A stretch of 60,000 bases of DNA from Mobula hypostoma (Eukaryota): contig NC_086108.1 of assembly GCF_963921235.1 (NCBI RefSeq), positions 51,896,001 to 51,956,000 of the forward strand. Direction: 5' to 3'. The position numbers were made by a program, and so were the translations under genes. Shown here in pieces: positions 36,766 to 48,251 of the stretch (position 1 is the first letter of the stretch; every line of letters starts with the position of its first letter). Under the pieces are notes generated by a model, which did no database searches, was not told the origin of the DNA, and saw only the letters and a program-made list of their open reading frames with translations.

Positions 36766-37849
36766 GCGTCTCTTCCTATAGATGCTGCCTGGCCTGCTGC
36801 GTTCACCAGCAACTTTGATGTGTGTTGCTTGAATTTCCAGCATCTGCAGAATTCCTGTTGTAATCAATTAGCTTGTTTATTTCGGCTTTATTCTTAAAGA
36901 TGTGCTGGGTGCGTTCTGGCCACCGCTGCACTCTTCGCAGCCCGGAGCTTTGGGACCACTGTTATAATTAACTTTTCACTATATTCATGCGAGGAAAATA
37001 TGCGCTCTGTGTTTAATGTTAAATTGGTTAGGTAAACCCCTTTAGAAACGAAATTGAGTTTATTAGCCACTTATAAGTGACTTACAGTTGACTTATCACC
37101 TATATTCCAGTCGTGATTAACACCCCCCCCCCCCCGCAACCCCGGTTGGCCGGTCCGCAAGAATATTGTCAAAGTTAAACCGTTTTGCGGTGCAAAAAAG
37201 GTTGGGTACCCCTGGTGTAGAGAACATCCTTAAGTCATTTCCTCGGTCCACCTAGTAATCTTCTGCCAAAATTGGAGTTTGAAGTATGTCAAGTGTCTGG
37301 TTCTAGGCACAGGGATGACATAACCTACCTATTAAAGAAGATAGAATATAGTCCAGGAATATTTATTCACTTATTCTGAAAATGGATTGGGAGAATTTTG
37401 TGGAAATATCATAGATGGTATGTCTCCAAGGGGACTGCCAACCCGACATCCGTCCACAGATCTTCTCCGCAGAGCAGTCTGATTTGGATTCTAGCTCCTG
37501 CTGCTGACTCTTAATTTACTGCCTAAAACCTCTAACTCTCTCATCCTTGTCTTCTCCCCCCACCACTAGTTTCACCATGCTGCTCCCATCCAAAACCATC
37601 TCAAAGAACCTAGAAGACAATGAAGTCTAAGCACGATCTTGAAGGAGACCATAGCTTAGCGCCATCTTGACTGGAAGTCATGTAATAACATGTAATTCTG
37701 CCTGTTATTATCAATTTCAGCAACAAACATCACTAATAGGTGAAAATGGTGTTTGCAAATCTATTTTAAAAAGTTGGGCATAAGTGAAATGAAAAGTAAC
37801 AAAGATTTTATTGAATTAAGAAACAACAGGAAGAAACGAGAACAACCAA

Positions 37850-38425
37850 AGTTTGTCTAACCTTTCCTTGTAGCTAAAACACTCTAATTTCAGGCAGCAT
37901 TGTGGTAAAACTCTTCTGCACTATCTCCATTGTCTCCACATCATTTCTGTCATGGGGTGACCAGAACTGCATGCAGTACTCCAAGTATGTTCTGACTGAA
38001 GTTTTACATGGTTGCAGCATGGCTTCCTTACTCTTAAACTTAACAGCCCTACATTTAAAAGCAAGCATGTCATACACCTTCTTTACCACCTTCTCCACCA
38101 CATTATCCACCTACTTAGCCACCTTCAGTGAACTATGAACTTGGAAGTACCTCAGTATACCTCACTGAGGATTCCCCTGTACCTCAATGCTATTAAGGGG
38201 TCATTCTCCTTTCATTTGATCTCCTAAGGTGCAACACCTCAAACTTGTCTAGATATAATTCCACCTGCTATTTCTCTGTCCATATCTGTAACTGATCTAT
38301 ATCCCACTGTCGTCTTTGATAGTCCTTTACACTGTCCACAACTCCACCAAACTTGGTGTCGTCAGCAAACTTGTGAATCCACCCATCTACATTTTCACCT
38401 AAATCATTGAGATATATCACTAACA
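37850..38425 (-). mobile_element. CR1 RT / C-terminal fragment
   Basis: IYLNDL..IHKFADDTKFGGVV and YLEYCMQFWSP motifs. Confidence 0.8.
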
Positions 38426-38674
38426 TATGGTCGGCAGCATATGTTGGCCTTTTTCGCCAGCTAACATAAGGTCCACAAATCTCATCCGAAGACAAATTCT
38501 TACCGCAGGATTCTGAAATGTCTGTTATTTTATTTGTTTTGTGTGATCTGTTTGATGAACATGTAATAAACTGATCAATGTGATGATTGAGTTATTGTAT
38601 CTACTACTGAGATATATACTGTGTTTTAGATGCTGCTTTGGAATGTAACAAATCTGTTAAGCCATACTCATTTG

Positions 38675-39150
38675 TAAAGATTCAAAGTACATTTATTATC
38701 AAAGTACGTATGCAGTGTACAACCCTGAAATTTGTCTTTTCAACAGTCTGTCATGACACAAAGAAAAACCATGGAACCAACCCATTGAAAGAAAAATATC
38801 AAACATCAAACCCCACTCCCCCCTGCACACAAAAAGATTGTGTAAACAGCAACAAAAAAGTAAGCCAAAAAGCAAAATGCAAATTCAAAAGGCACATTTC
38901 AGTTCAGTTCAATTCAGCTCAGTGTTCAAATGCTCAGTGCTCAGACCACCCTGATTCAAATATCGACCAAAAGTCATAACAAAAAAAAGTGACCAGAACT
39001 AGAAATAGAAACATCATAAAAACTACACTCCGCCTCGATTAAACCTTGCTCCGTCACAGCACCATCCGCCGACAGCTTAGAGGGCAAGAGAGATCACTCG
39101 AGCACAAGGATCATCCCTCAGGAGCAGCAGGAGAGAGAGCGAGAGCGCTG
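38675..39150 (-). mobile_element. Non-LTR retroelement 3' end, family uncertain
   Basis: GATTCAAAGTACATTTATTATCAAAGTA carries a minus-strand AATAAA and short tail, followed by A-rich UTR-like sequence. Confidence 0.4.
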
Positions 39151-40145
39151 TTCAGGATGATTGAATTTGCTTTATAAATATAACATTTTTCAGTATGTAT
39201 TGTTCTGTCACTGGAGCACTGGATATAAAAAATCATTTTGAACCTATGTAACCTCTGGCTAAAAGAATAATTGGGACTGAATAGGAATTTTTGAAGTGAA
39301 GTAAACTGTCTTCAGCAGTTAGCTAAGACAGGCTCACTACCAGTTCTCCTTGGTTTGCAGAGAGACATTGGGAGTTTGATAACATTGTACGTTGTACCCT
39401 CGTTTGAGTTGGAGAAGGACTTGCCAATACGGACAGGAATGAATATCCATCTGTAATTAAGTCAGGGCCTAGCAAAGGGAATAATTGATAAGGACTGGAA
39501 AGTACATCCATCTGTAATTAAACCTTGATTTAGCAGACTTTCTAATCTAAGTAATTAAGTTTTGCACCAACAGACTTGGTGGACGTACCAGTTCTAATAA
39601 CATCTTGCAACAGTAATATATGGGGCTTATGTATATGTATAAATATACAGCTGTAACCTGACTAAGTGGGCCCACTTGTCAGATGGTGGCAGTACTTGCG
39701 TGCCTTCCCTTCGACAACTGGGTCTCAAACTCCTGCAGGACGGTGCACAATAAACTGTTATGACGATGAGAAGCTGGTCTCCCGAGTTTTATTCAGATTG
39801 GACTTTAAAAGTACTTTTGTTAGAAGTTGCCAGTTTAAAGCTGATCAAAAAAAGCAATGAATTTGAACTCAATTAATCTGTTAAGTGTGCTATGCCTATA
39901 AAAACTGTTGTATCATGTAAAGCCCCTATTTTTCACCATTGCCTATCAGACACTTCATCTGGTTTAACATTGATGTCATTTTGGCACTTTACAGGACTAT
40001 TCAGCCTGACTACCTTAACGACAACTAGAGGTAGATCATAAAAGTGGCCTTTTCAGGATTACCCACATCCCATGGGGGGAAAAAACTATCCCCTAAGGTC
40101 ACCTAACTAGCATAAAGTGCTGAGCCATGACACAAAACTAACAGT

Positions 40146-40337
40146 CGACACACACAATGCTGGAGGAGCTCAGCAGGCCAGGCAGCATCTATGGAAAAGA
40201 ATGAACAGTTGAGGTCTTGACCTGAAACGTCAACTATTTACTCTTTTCCATAGATGCTGCCTGGCCTGCTAAGTTCCTCCAGCGTTTCGTGTAGGTTGCT
40301 TGGATTTCTAGCATCTGCAGATTTTTCAAATTTGTGT
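40146..40337. mobile_element. Mini palindromic Penelope-like insertion P4
   Basis: GCTGGAGGAGCTCAGCAGGCCAGGCAGCATCTATGGAAAAGA is inverted to TCTTTTCCATAGATGCTGCCTGGCCTGCTAAGTTCCTCCAGC, with the tail on the right. TSD CACAAAACTAACAGT (40131-40145) / CACAGAACTAACAGT (40338-40352). Confidence 0.85.
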
Positions 40338-40356
40338 CACAGAACTAACAGTGATA

Positions 40357-41962
40357 CAGTGCCGATGAAAGGTATTCACCTCCCTTGCAAGTTTTCATGT
40401 TTTGTTTTACAACATTAAATCACAGTGCAGTTAATTTGGCTTTTTTGACACTGATCAACAGAAAAATACTCCTTCGTGTCAAAGTGAAAGCAGATCTCTA
40501 CAAAGTGATTCTAAATTAATTAGAAATATAAAACACAAAACAATTGATTGCGTAAGTATTCACCCCCTTCAAGTCAGTACTTAGTAGATGCACCTTTGGC
40601 AGCAATTACAGCCTTGAGTCTCTTATCAGCTTTGCACATCTGGACACTGCAATTTTTCCCCGTTTTTTTTACGAAACTGCTCAAGCTCTGTCAGATTGTA
40701 TGGGGGATCATGAGTGGACAGTCCTTTTCAAGTCCAGCCACAGATTCTCAATTGGATTGAGGTCTGGACTCTAACTTGGCTACTCCAAGACATTAATTCT
40801 GTTGTTTTTAAGCCGTTCCTGTTTAGCTTTGGCTTTACGCTTGGGTCATTGTCTTGCTGGCAAACAAATCTTCTCCCAAGTTGCAGTTCTCTTGCAGACT
40901 GCATCAAGTTTTCCTCCAGGATTGCCCCCTATTTTGTTGCATTCCTTTTACTCTCTACCTTCACGAGCCTTCCAGTGAAGCATCTTCATGGCATGATACA
41001 GCCACCACCATGCTTCACGGTAGGGATGGTGTGGTTTTGATGATGTATGGTGTTTGGCTTACACCAAACATAGTGTTTAGTCTGATGGCCAAAAAGCTCA
41101 ATTTTGGTTTCATCAGACCATAGAACCTTCTTCCAGCTGACTTCAGAGTCTCCCACATGCCTTCTGGTAATCTCTAGCTGAGATTTCATGTGAGTTTTTT
41201 TCAACAGTGGCTTTCTCTTTTCCTCTCTCCCATAAAGCTGCAACTGGTGAAGCACCCAGGCAACAGTTGTATGCTCAATCTCTCCCGTCTCAGCCACTGA
41301 AGCTTGTAACTCCTCCAGAGCTGTCATACATCTCTTGGTGGCCTCCCTTACTGTTCCCCTTCTTGCACGGTCACTCAGTTTTTGAGGATGGCCTGCTCTA
41401 GGCATATATACAGCTGTACCATCGTCTTTTCCATTTCTTGATGATAGACTTAACTGGACTCCAAGCGACATTGTGACTTGCAAATTTTCTTGTATCCATC
41501 TTGTGACTTGTACTTTTCAATAACCTTTTCATGGATATTCTTGGAGTGCCCTTTTGTCTTCATGGTGTAGTTTTTGCCAGGATACTGACTCACCAGATAC
41601 AGATGTACTTTTATTACTTTCAATTGATACACCTTGACTGCACATGGTAATCTCCATTTAACTAGTTATGTGACTTCTAAAACCAATTGGCTGCACCGGT
41701 GATGATTTTGTGTGTCATATTAAAGGGGGTGAGTACTTATGCAATCAATTATTTTGTGTCTTATATTTGTAATTAATTTAGATCACTTTTTAGAGATCCA
41801 TTTCCACTTTGACATGAAAGTCTTTTTCTGTTGACCAGTGTCAAAAAGAAAGCCAAATTAAATTCACAGTGATTCAATGTTGTAAAGCAATAAAACATGA
41901 AAACTTCCGGGGGGGGGGGGGTGCGGTGGTGCCTGGTGAATTAATACTTTTTATAGGCACTG
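40357..41962 (-). mobile_element. Tc1 transposon, second family (IR/DR type), decayed transposase ~40574-41563
   Basis: TA|CAGTGCC..GGCACTG|TA. Long TIRs with internal repeats GTATTCACC(C/T)CCTT. MKTKGHSK..GYKKI and [21 protein letters not shown] motifs. Confidence 0.92.
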
Positions 41963-42366
41963 TATGTTGATATCCATTAAAGAAACCCCTGGTTTTTTGT
42001 TCCCATTGTGGAATTGCAAGTCTATCTCCGACCCCTTGCTGAGCAGTAAGTTGAAAGTGAGAATGTAATTCAGTACTAACATAACTTTACGTGCATCAGA
42101 GTTTTAGTTTTAGATAGCATTTCAGGTTATTGCAGAATTTCTGTTTAAATAATATACATTTTGCATCCATGTGATTCTTGTAACACTAGTATTGTTTCAA
42201 TATTTAGTTTCATATTTTAGCATGTTTTTATAATATTTTAAAAACAATTTTATAATTTTATTTCTATAATTTATAATTTTACAAGGTTTTTATAATATGT
42301 TTCAATATTTTGAATTATGGGACATTTCAGTTTCAAATGCAAGTCCCTTGTGCTTTCTTCTCTCAG

Positions 42367-42434
42367 CTCTTCTGAGAAACACGAAGGAGACTGGACTTCC
42401 ATTACAGACACACACACTAAGAGAATTTGGAAAG
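42367..42434 (+). CDS. Candidate 68-nt internal exon of an unidentified host gene
   Basis: Strong acceptor TGCTTTCTTCTCTCAG and donor AAG|GTAGGT in unique AT-rich DNA. Two frames are open (xLLRNTKETGLPLQTHTLREFGK or xSEKHEGDWTSITDTHTKRIWK). Confidence 0.5.
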
Positions 42435-43869
42435 GTAGGTTATCTCCATCATTTATCAGTAATATAGGAAGGTCATTTCTTGTGTTGGCTTGACATCCTT
42501 TTACAAAAAATGTTTATTTCTTTCAACACGTTGTCAAAGTCTATTTTAAATCATTCTGGATTGTTCATTTTTATTTAAGTGGGAGAGTAAGTACTCCCTG
42601 ATATTCATCTTAAATTAATCCGTCACCATTTTCTACTGAGATGCAGCATTTTAAATTAATTGTTGAATATGGAAATACGGCCATACATTACATGAATCTT
42701 TACTTCTAATTCAGGAAGTGGTAAGTATTCAGAGACCACCTAAACAAGAGATGCTAAAAAAACAACAAATTCCCAAATGACTGTTGAGAGGAAAACTGTC
42801 TGTTAAAGTATTGCAGTCATCTGTAATCCTTAATTTCCACATATATATCGTAATTGGAGGTGACCCCTGTTTTGTGTGTGGGGGGGGGCAGGGTGGTGGT
42901 ATTTGGTGGGTTGGTTTGTTGCATTTCTAGAAAATGGTTCATATCATAATTTTCTGTTACAAGAGGCCTATCGTTTGCATATGCATCAACAAACAGGAGC
43001 TGAAAATAATTTGTGTTGACTTGGATTTTTTCACATAAATTGTGTGAGAGGAAATTCTATTCTGCACTTCAAATTTCTGTGTAGTGCTTTGTGAATTCTT
43101 CAGAGATACGTTTGTATATTTCTAAATGTCTGTACAAGGGATGACTTATACAGTTTTCCTGCTGCATAAGAATTAGTTAATTCTCTAAAAGGAAGGGAAA
43201 GATAGGTCATCGTTGTTAGCTTGTTTGATGTGAATATCTCATTGTGCCATTAAGATAACTCCTCTTAGCCCTTACTATCCATGTGACCTACTTTGAACTG
43301 TGTGACTCTGTTATAAGCAGAATTGCATTGTCTTTGGATACAGTTTGGCACCTTCCAGTGTTATTAGTAAAAACTGCTTTGATCTGAGAGGGTTGACAGA
43401 AGAAATGGGTTTTCAGAAACAAAATCATTAGTTCTTGCAGTCATTGGTGTTTTCTGTTGGCAAGGGATTTCTTCATAAATATCTAAAATTTTATTTAAAA
43501 ATTCTATTCATTGTTTTCATTGTATTTCTCCAATGTAAAATTATTCTTCTGGAGTTCTTTATAGGTAATTAAGAAAGCAGGAAAATTTCAATGGTCATTA
43601 GGGGAAAAAGAATAATAAAATAATCAACAAAGTGAGGTAACTAGTGGTGCATAGTTAGAAAAACAGCAGGCGAGGTCATTGGAGTAGAGCAGTCCATAGG
43701 TTATATGCTATTACTGGGACCCCTAGAGATAATTCAGGCATTTGCAAAGCTCTAAGCCCCTCATTTATAAGTTTTAGAAGTAGTATATCTTTCACTAACT
43801 TCAGCCATAGCTTGCATTTTTAGAGAAACTCATGCTAGAATTTAGAGATGCACCATCTCTACTACAGAC

Positions 43870-44097
43870 TTTCAGAATCAGGTTTATTATCACCAGTATG
43901 TGTCGTGAAATTTGTTAACTTCACAGTAGCAGTTCAATGCAACATAATGTAGAAGAAAAAAAAGTAAAAATAAATAAGTAAATCAATTACAGTAAATGTA
44001 TATTGAATAGATTAGGAATTGTGTAAAAACGGAAATAATATATATTAAAACAGTGAGGTAGTGTTCATGGGTTCAATGTCCATTTAGGAACCGAATG
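43870..44097 (-). mobile_element. Rex1/Babar-like 3' end
   Basis: TCAGAATCAGGTTTATTATCAC..GTGAAATTTGTT..AGCAGTTCAATGCAA, the reverse of the tail type seen at 13360-13430. Confidence 0.6.
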
Positions 44098-44599
44098 ACT
44101 TTGAGGTTCCTTTTAGCCAATAAGTGAAGATCCTTAACCAGTGCAGTGAAGCTATTAATATTTTATATAATGAAGTTGAGAAAATTGGTTGTATTTCTGG
44201 GTATAATTTTAATTCCAGGTTCTAGTTTAACATGGATAATTTGAATCTACTTAACTTGTCATTGGATGTAATACCCACTCTGCTCCATTCCTCAATGTTC
44301 TTCGCAAACCACCTCTTCCTCTACATTCCCATGGCCTCTGCTTACTGAAATAAACAGAAAAATGCTGGAAGCACTCAGCAGGTCAGGCAGCACTTGTGGA
44401 TATTGCAGGTTGAAGACGTTTGTCAGAACAGACTCACTAATTGTTGCTAACTGAAACCTTCTCTCCCCTCACGGCTTTTGCTTCTCACCCAATTGTGCTC
44501 CTTACTCACATTCCAGAAGAATAGTGAGCCTTCCTAAAATTCAACAAAGGGATGTCAGTTCCTCTCAGTGCTAATTTTAATGGAAACTTTAGATAACTG

Positions 44600-45545
44600 C
44601 TACTGTTGGAAATCTGAATCAAAGGGAACACTGAGCCAGTCAGTCAGCATCTGTGGAGGGAGAAACAGAATTAACTTTTTAGGTCAATGTCTCTTCATCA
44701 GAACTGGAAAAGTGTGATTCATGTTGGGGGAGATGGTGGAGAAAACAAGGAAAATGTTTGTCATAGGATGAAGGGTAAGTTTGTCCAGGAGGCGTAATTG
44801 TTAGTACATGGCAGAGAAAAATTGAGAGAGAAAGGGAACTAAAGAATATATTTGAACTATGAGATACTGTTACTGGAAATCTGAACCAAAAGGGAATGTT
44901 AGAGATGCCTGGAAGATCAGACAATACTCATGGGGAGAGAGAGGGGTAGAAAGAACCCAAGTTGTCATAATCACTGGACGGTTTTATGCCAGAACTGGCC
45001 AGTTCTGATGCAATTAGGAAAGGCTGGATAGCTGTAATTGTTTAACATTGAATCCCAAGGGCTACGATATCCAAGGTGAAATATGAGATGCTGTTCGTCC
45101 AGAGTGTACTGGCATTACTCAGACAATGTAAAGGGTCAAAGACAGAGAGGTCTGAACAGAAGTACAATGGAAGCTTGCGCTCACCATTGTGGACTAAGCA
45201 TAAGTTCATTGCCAATCCATGTGCGGCTTCTCCAGTGTAGAGGTGACCACATTGTTAGCACAAGATGCAGTGTTTCAAATCTGAAGGAGTGCAACATTGC
45301 TACATTATCTAGAAGGCCTGTGATGATCTTGTGAGAAACTGTGGTTGGTGGAGATGGAAGAGTGAACCAGGTCCCTTTGGAAAATTTCAGAACTGAAAGG
45401 GGAGGAGAGGGAATGATGTGGCTGGTATTGTAATCTTGTTGAAGATGATGCATTGTCAGAGGAGGTAGGGAGGTGGAATGTGAGGGCAAGGGTAACTCCA
45501 TCTTCAGGACCGGCAATCAAAGGAAGTACAAGAGGTACTTTCAAG
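44600..45545 (-). mobile_element. Old Penelope-like element remnant
   Basis: Decayed hammerhead (CTTCATCAGAACTGG), purine-rich block and HHLQQD..HIIPSPPLS similar to the P3 ORF. Confidence 0.65.
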
Positions 45546-45579
45546 GAATGGTTTATTTGTCAATAGAACTCCAAAGGAA

Positions 45580-45960
45580 TTTCTGTTGACAAATTTCTAC
45601 TAATACACAGTGGAGAGCATCCACAGTGTTTGCTTCATGCCCAGGAACAGAAAAGACTACAGAAAGTGATGCATACAGCCCAGTCCATCACAGGCAAAGC
45701 CCTCCCTACCATTAAGTAAATTTACATGGAGTGCTGCCTCAAGAAAGCTACTACAATTGGGCAGGATTACAGAAGTCTTTGGTCCCACATCACCAGGTTC
45801 ATGGACAGTTATTTCTCTACAACCATCAGGCTCCTGGACCAGTATGGATAACTTAATTCACTACAACTCTGAACTGATTCTACAATCAACAGGCTCATTT
45901 TCAAGGACTTTTTGCAATTCGTGTTCTTCAAAATTTTGCACATCGTTTTTTTTGACAGTT
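45580..45960 (+). mobile_element. Rex1/Babar-like 3' fragment
   Basis: ACAGTGGAGAGCATCC..ACTACAGAAAGTGATG..AGCCCAGTCCATCACAGG, parallel to 13020-13290. Confidence 0.6.
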
Positions 45961-48251
45961 TTGCTTATGATGAGAGCCCTGTCAATTATGTTACAAGGGA
46001 GGCCATGGTTAGTTAAAAGGGAAGACATCTCAAAAGCACAAGTGTGCAAAATCTTATCATTGGGAAACACATCTGTGATGAACAAACTCAGAACATGTAA
46101 TGGAGTCCTTACAGGAAGCAGGATGAACGGAGATGATGTTGAAATAGCTGTAGGAACTTGTGGGCTTATAATGGCATGTATTAGATATTGTTTGCAAACC
46201 TATGCCCTGAGATGAAGTCAGGCATAAACCGTGTGGAGAGTGTGTGAAAATTGACAGAAAAAGGTAATGAAATCATTTGCTTACTACATTCCTGTTAAAT
46301 TCCCATTGGCAATAATTTAACTGTCATTAATCCATTGAAACTGCACAGAGTTTAACAAGTGCGATTTAATATATTCACTAAAGTTTAGTGCACAAAGGAA
46401 AGTAAATCACAAAGAATGTTCCATATAATTGATAGCTATTTGTAGTCCTTCTCATACTGGGGACCATAATTTGTTCAAAGGTTTGAACAGTGTGCATTTA
46501 CTGTCATCTCTGTTAAATTCAGTAACAACAAAAGAAAGAAACTGTTGAGAATTCTGGAAGTTTGAAATGTGCTTTGGTGGACTCCCAAATGTAACTGTTT
46601 CTTGAAAAGCAGATCTACAGATCTTTTTAACCTGTGTATTCAAGTTAATGTTTCCAGTCCATCTAGCGTGGAACCTCAGTGTAAATGCCTTATTGGTAGA
46701 TTATAGAGCATTTAAATTATGATAAAAATGTTGTATGTGCCAGCATAGTAACTTTTTTTTGTTTTAAACACAGTGCAACTATATCTGAGGAATGATGGTA
46801 GTAGAACATGTGGGAATGATTTACTAGAATGATACTAGGCATGAGTGTATGTTGTAATGTGAAGGGATGGAACCTGGTATTCCTCTTGTAGGATCAGAGG
46901 AAATTCAAGCACAACTTAAGATGGAGCATTGGTACAGTAGAGCTGGGGAAACATCGCCCTGGCAAGAATATTGCTAGCCGGAGGGCATAATTTGCTAAAT
47001 GGTGAATGAATAAGGGGTTTTGCTGGAGGATTGTTTTAAAGCAGCAAGTTGTTACGAGAGAGTATGCATTGCTTGGAGAGGTGTTGGCGCAGATTCAACA
47101 ACAATAATAACAACCCTATCTTCTGTTTATACAGCAAAATAGCAAAGGACATTTCTATGCACTTCACATAATAATCAAAGGACAAATGCTTCATGTCAGG
47201 CCATTCAAAGAAATATTAGATGATCAAAAATTAAGTCAAAGGGATAGATTTTAAATATCTTGAAGAAGAAAAAGATGTGTGGAATTTTAAAACTAGGCAT
47301 CTTGGGATTAGAAGGTAGGCAGCCAAAGTTAGAGCGATTAAACTTTGGGACAATTATAGGTTCAGAATGCAGAGACCTCAGATATTTGCAGGCAAGGAAA
47401 TTAGAGATGAGGGAGAAGGAAGACTTTGGAAAGGTATGAAAAACAGGGTAGAAATTTTAATTTCTTTTAAAAGCAAAGGAAAATAATATTGCAAGGTAAT
47501 AGAAAACGAGCATGGAGTGCTATTAATCAGATTGGTTTTTCAGAAACTGGCACAGATGTATAGTACTAATGACTTCCTTTTGTGCTGTGTTGTTCAGAGT
47601 CTTTTCTCTCTCAATCCTTCATGTTATTTTTTTTAAACTTCTCACAGCATGTCATCACACTGTAGCTATAATGGATAAGGTAACAAACTGACCAATTAAA
47701 AAACTGGGGATTTGGGAGTAGTGAGAATGTGGAAATTGCTACAGCAATGACTGGTTAAACTGAGTAGTATAGATGCATTTAAGGGAAATTCAGATATGAA
47801 TGTTAAGGAGAAAGATGTTTGATTGAGTCAGGTGAAGGAAGTTGACAGACGTATGTGGAGCATGAATGCCAGTATACAGCTGTTGGGTTTGGTGGTCTGT
47901 TTCCCTCCAGTAAATACTCTGCAACCTTTTAAATGTGTAGTTTTCTAATTGTCCTCAGGCTCTCATATATATTTTGTTATATAGGCTTACAGTGAATGCT
48001 TTCTTAAAGAAAATAAAAGGCAATGGAACCTACTTGAGGACTTTGAACACAGAAGACTGTTGTAATTTGGAATGATGGTGAATTATATAAAACAGATGTC
48101 CAAACATTTGAGCAAAAGTACATAGATGCTGAGAGTTCTATTAATAACTACTTTCTTTCAAAATACACAAAAATAATGTTCTCCAACATTGGGCTCAGAG
48201 TAGTAGAAAAGAAAGTAAAAGCATGGGATATAATTGGTCCTGCTCGTGAGA

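Larger units (their letters stand above)
35400..36860. mobile_element. Palindromic Penelope-like insertion P3 (young)
   Basis: Arms 35400-35869 and 36352-36824 are near-identical inverted repeats with a 482-bp spacer and a 36-nt tail at 36825-36860. Perfect TSD TAATCAATTAGCTT (35386-35399, 36861-36874). Confidence 0.95.
34233..37214 (+). mobile_element. Non-autonomous hAT Charlie-like element E3 with nested inserts
   Basis: TIRs CAGTGGTCCCCAACC / GGTTGGGTACCCCTG; perfect TSD GTGTAGAG (34225-34232, 37215-37222). hAT dimerisation fragment at 35076-35273. Opposite orientation to E2. Confidence 0.92.

Noticed and set aside
35400..36860. Palindromes as fold-back read or assembly artefacts
   Set aside because: The arms differ at several positions, are asymmetric in a reproducible way and are flanked by TSDs.
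35400..36860. Palindromes as DNA transposons or MITEs with long TIRs
   Set aside because: The arms consist of GIY-YIG coding sequence and a hammerhead, are variably truncated, and have long TSDs, which fits retrotransposition.
42220..42320. AT-rich TTTTATAAT repeats upstream of the candidate exon
   Set aside because: Low-complexity sequence with no stable period or evident function.
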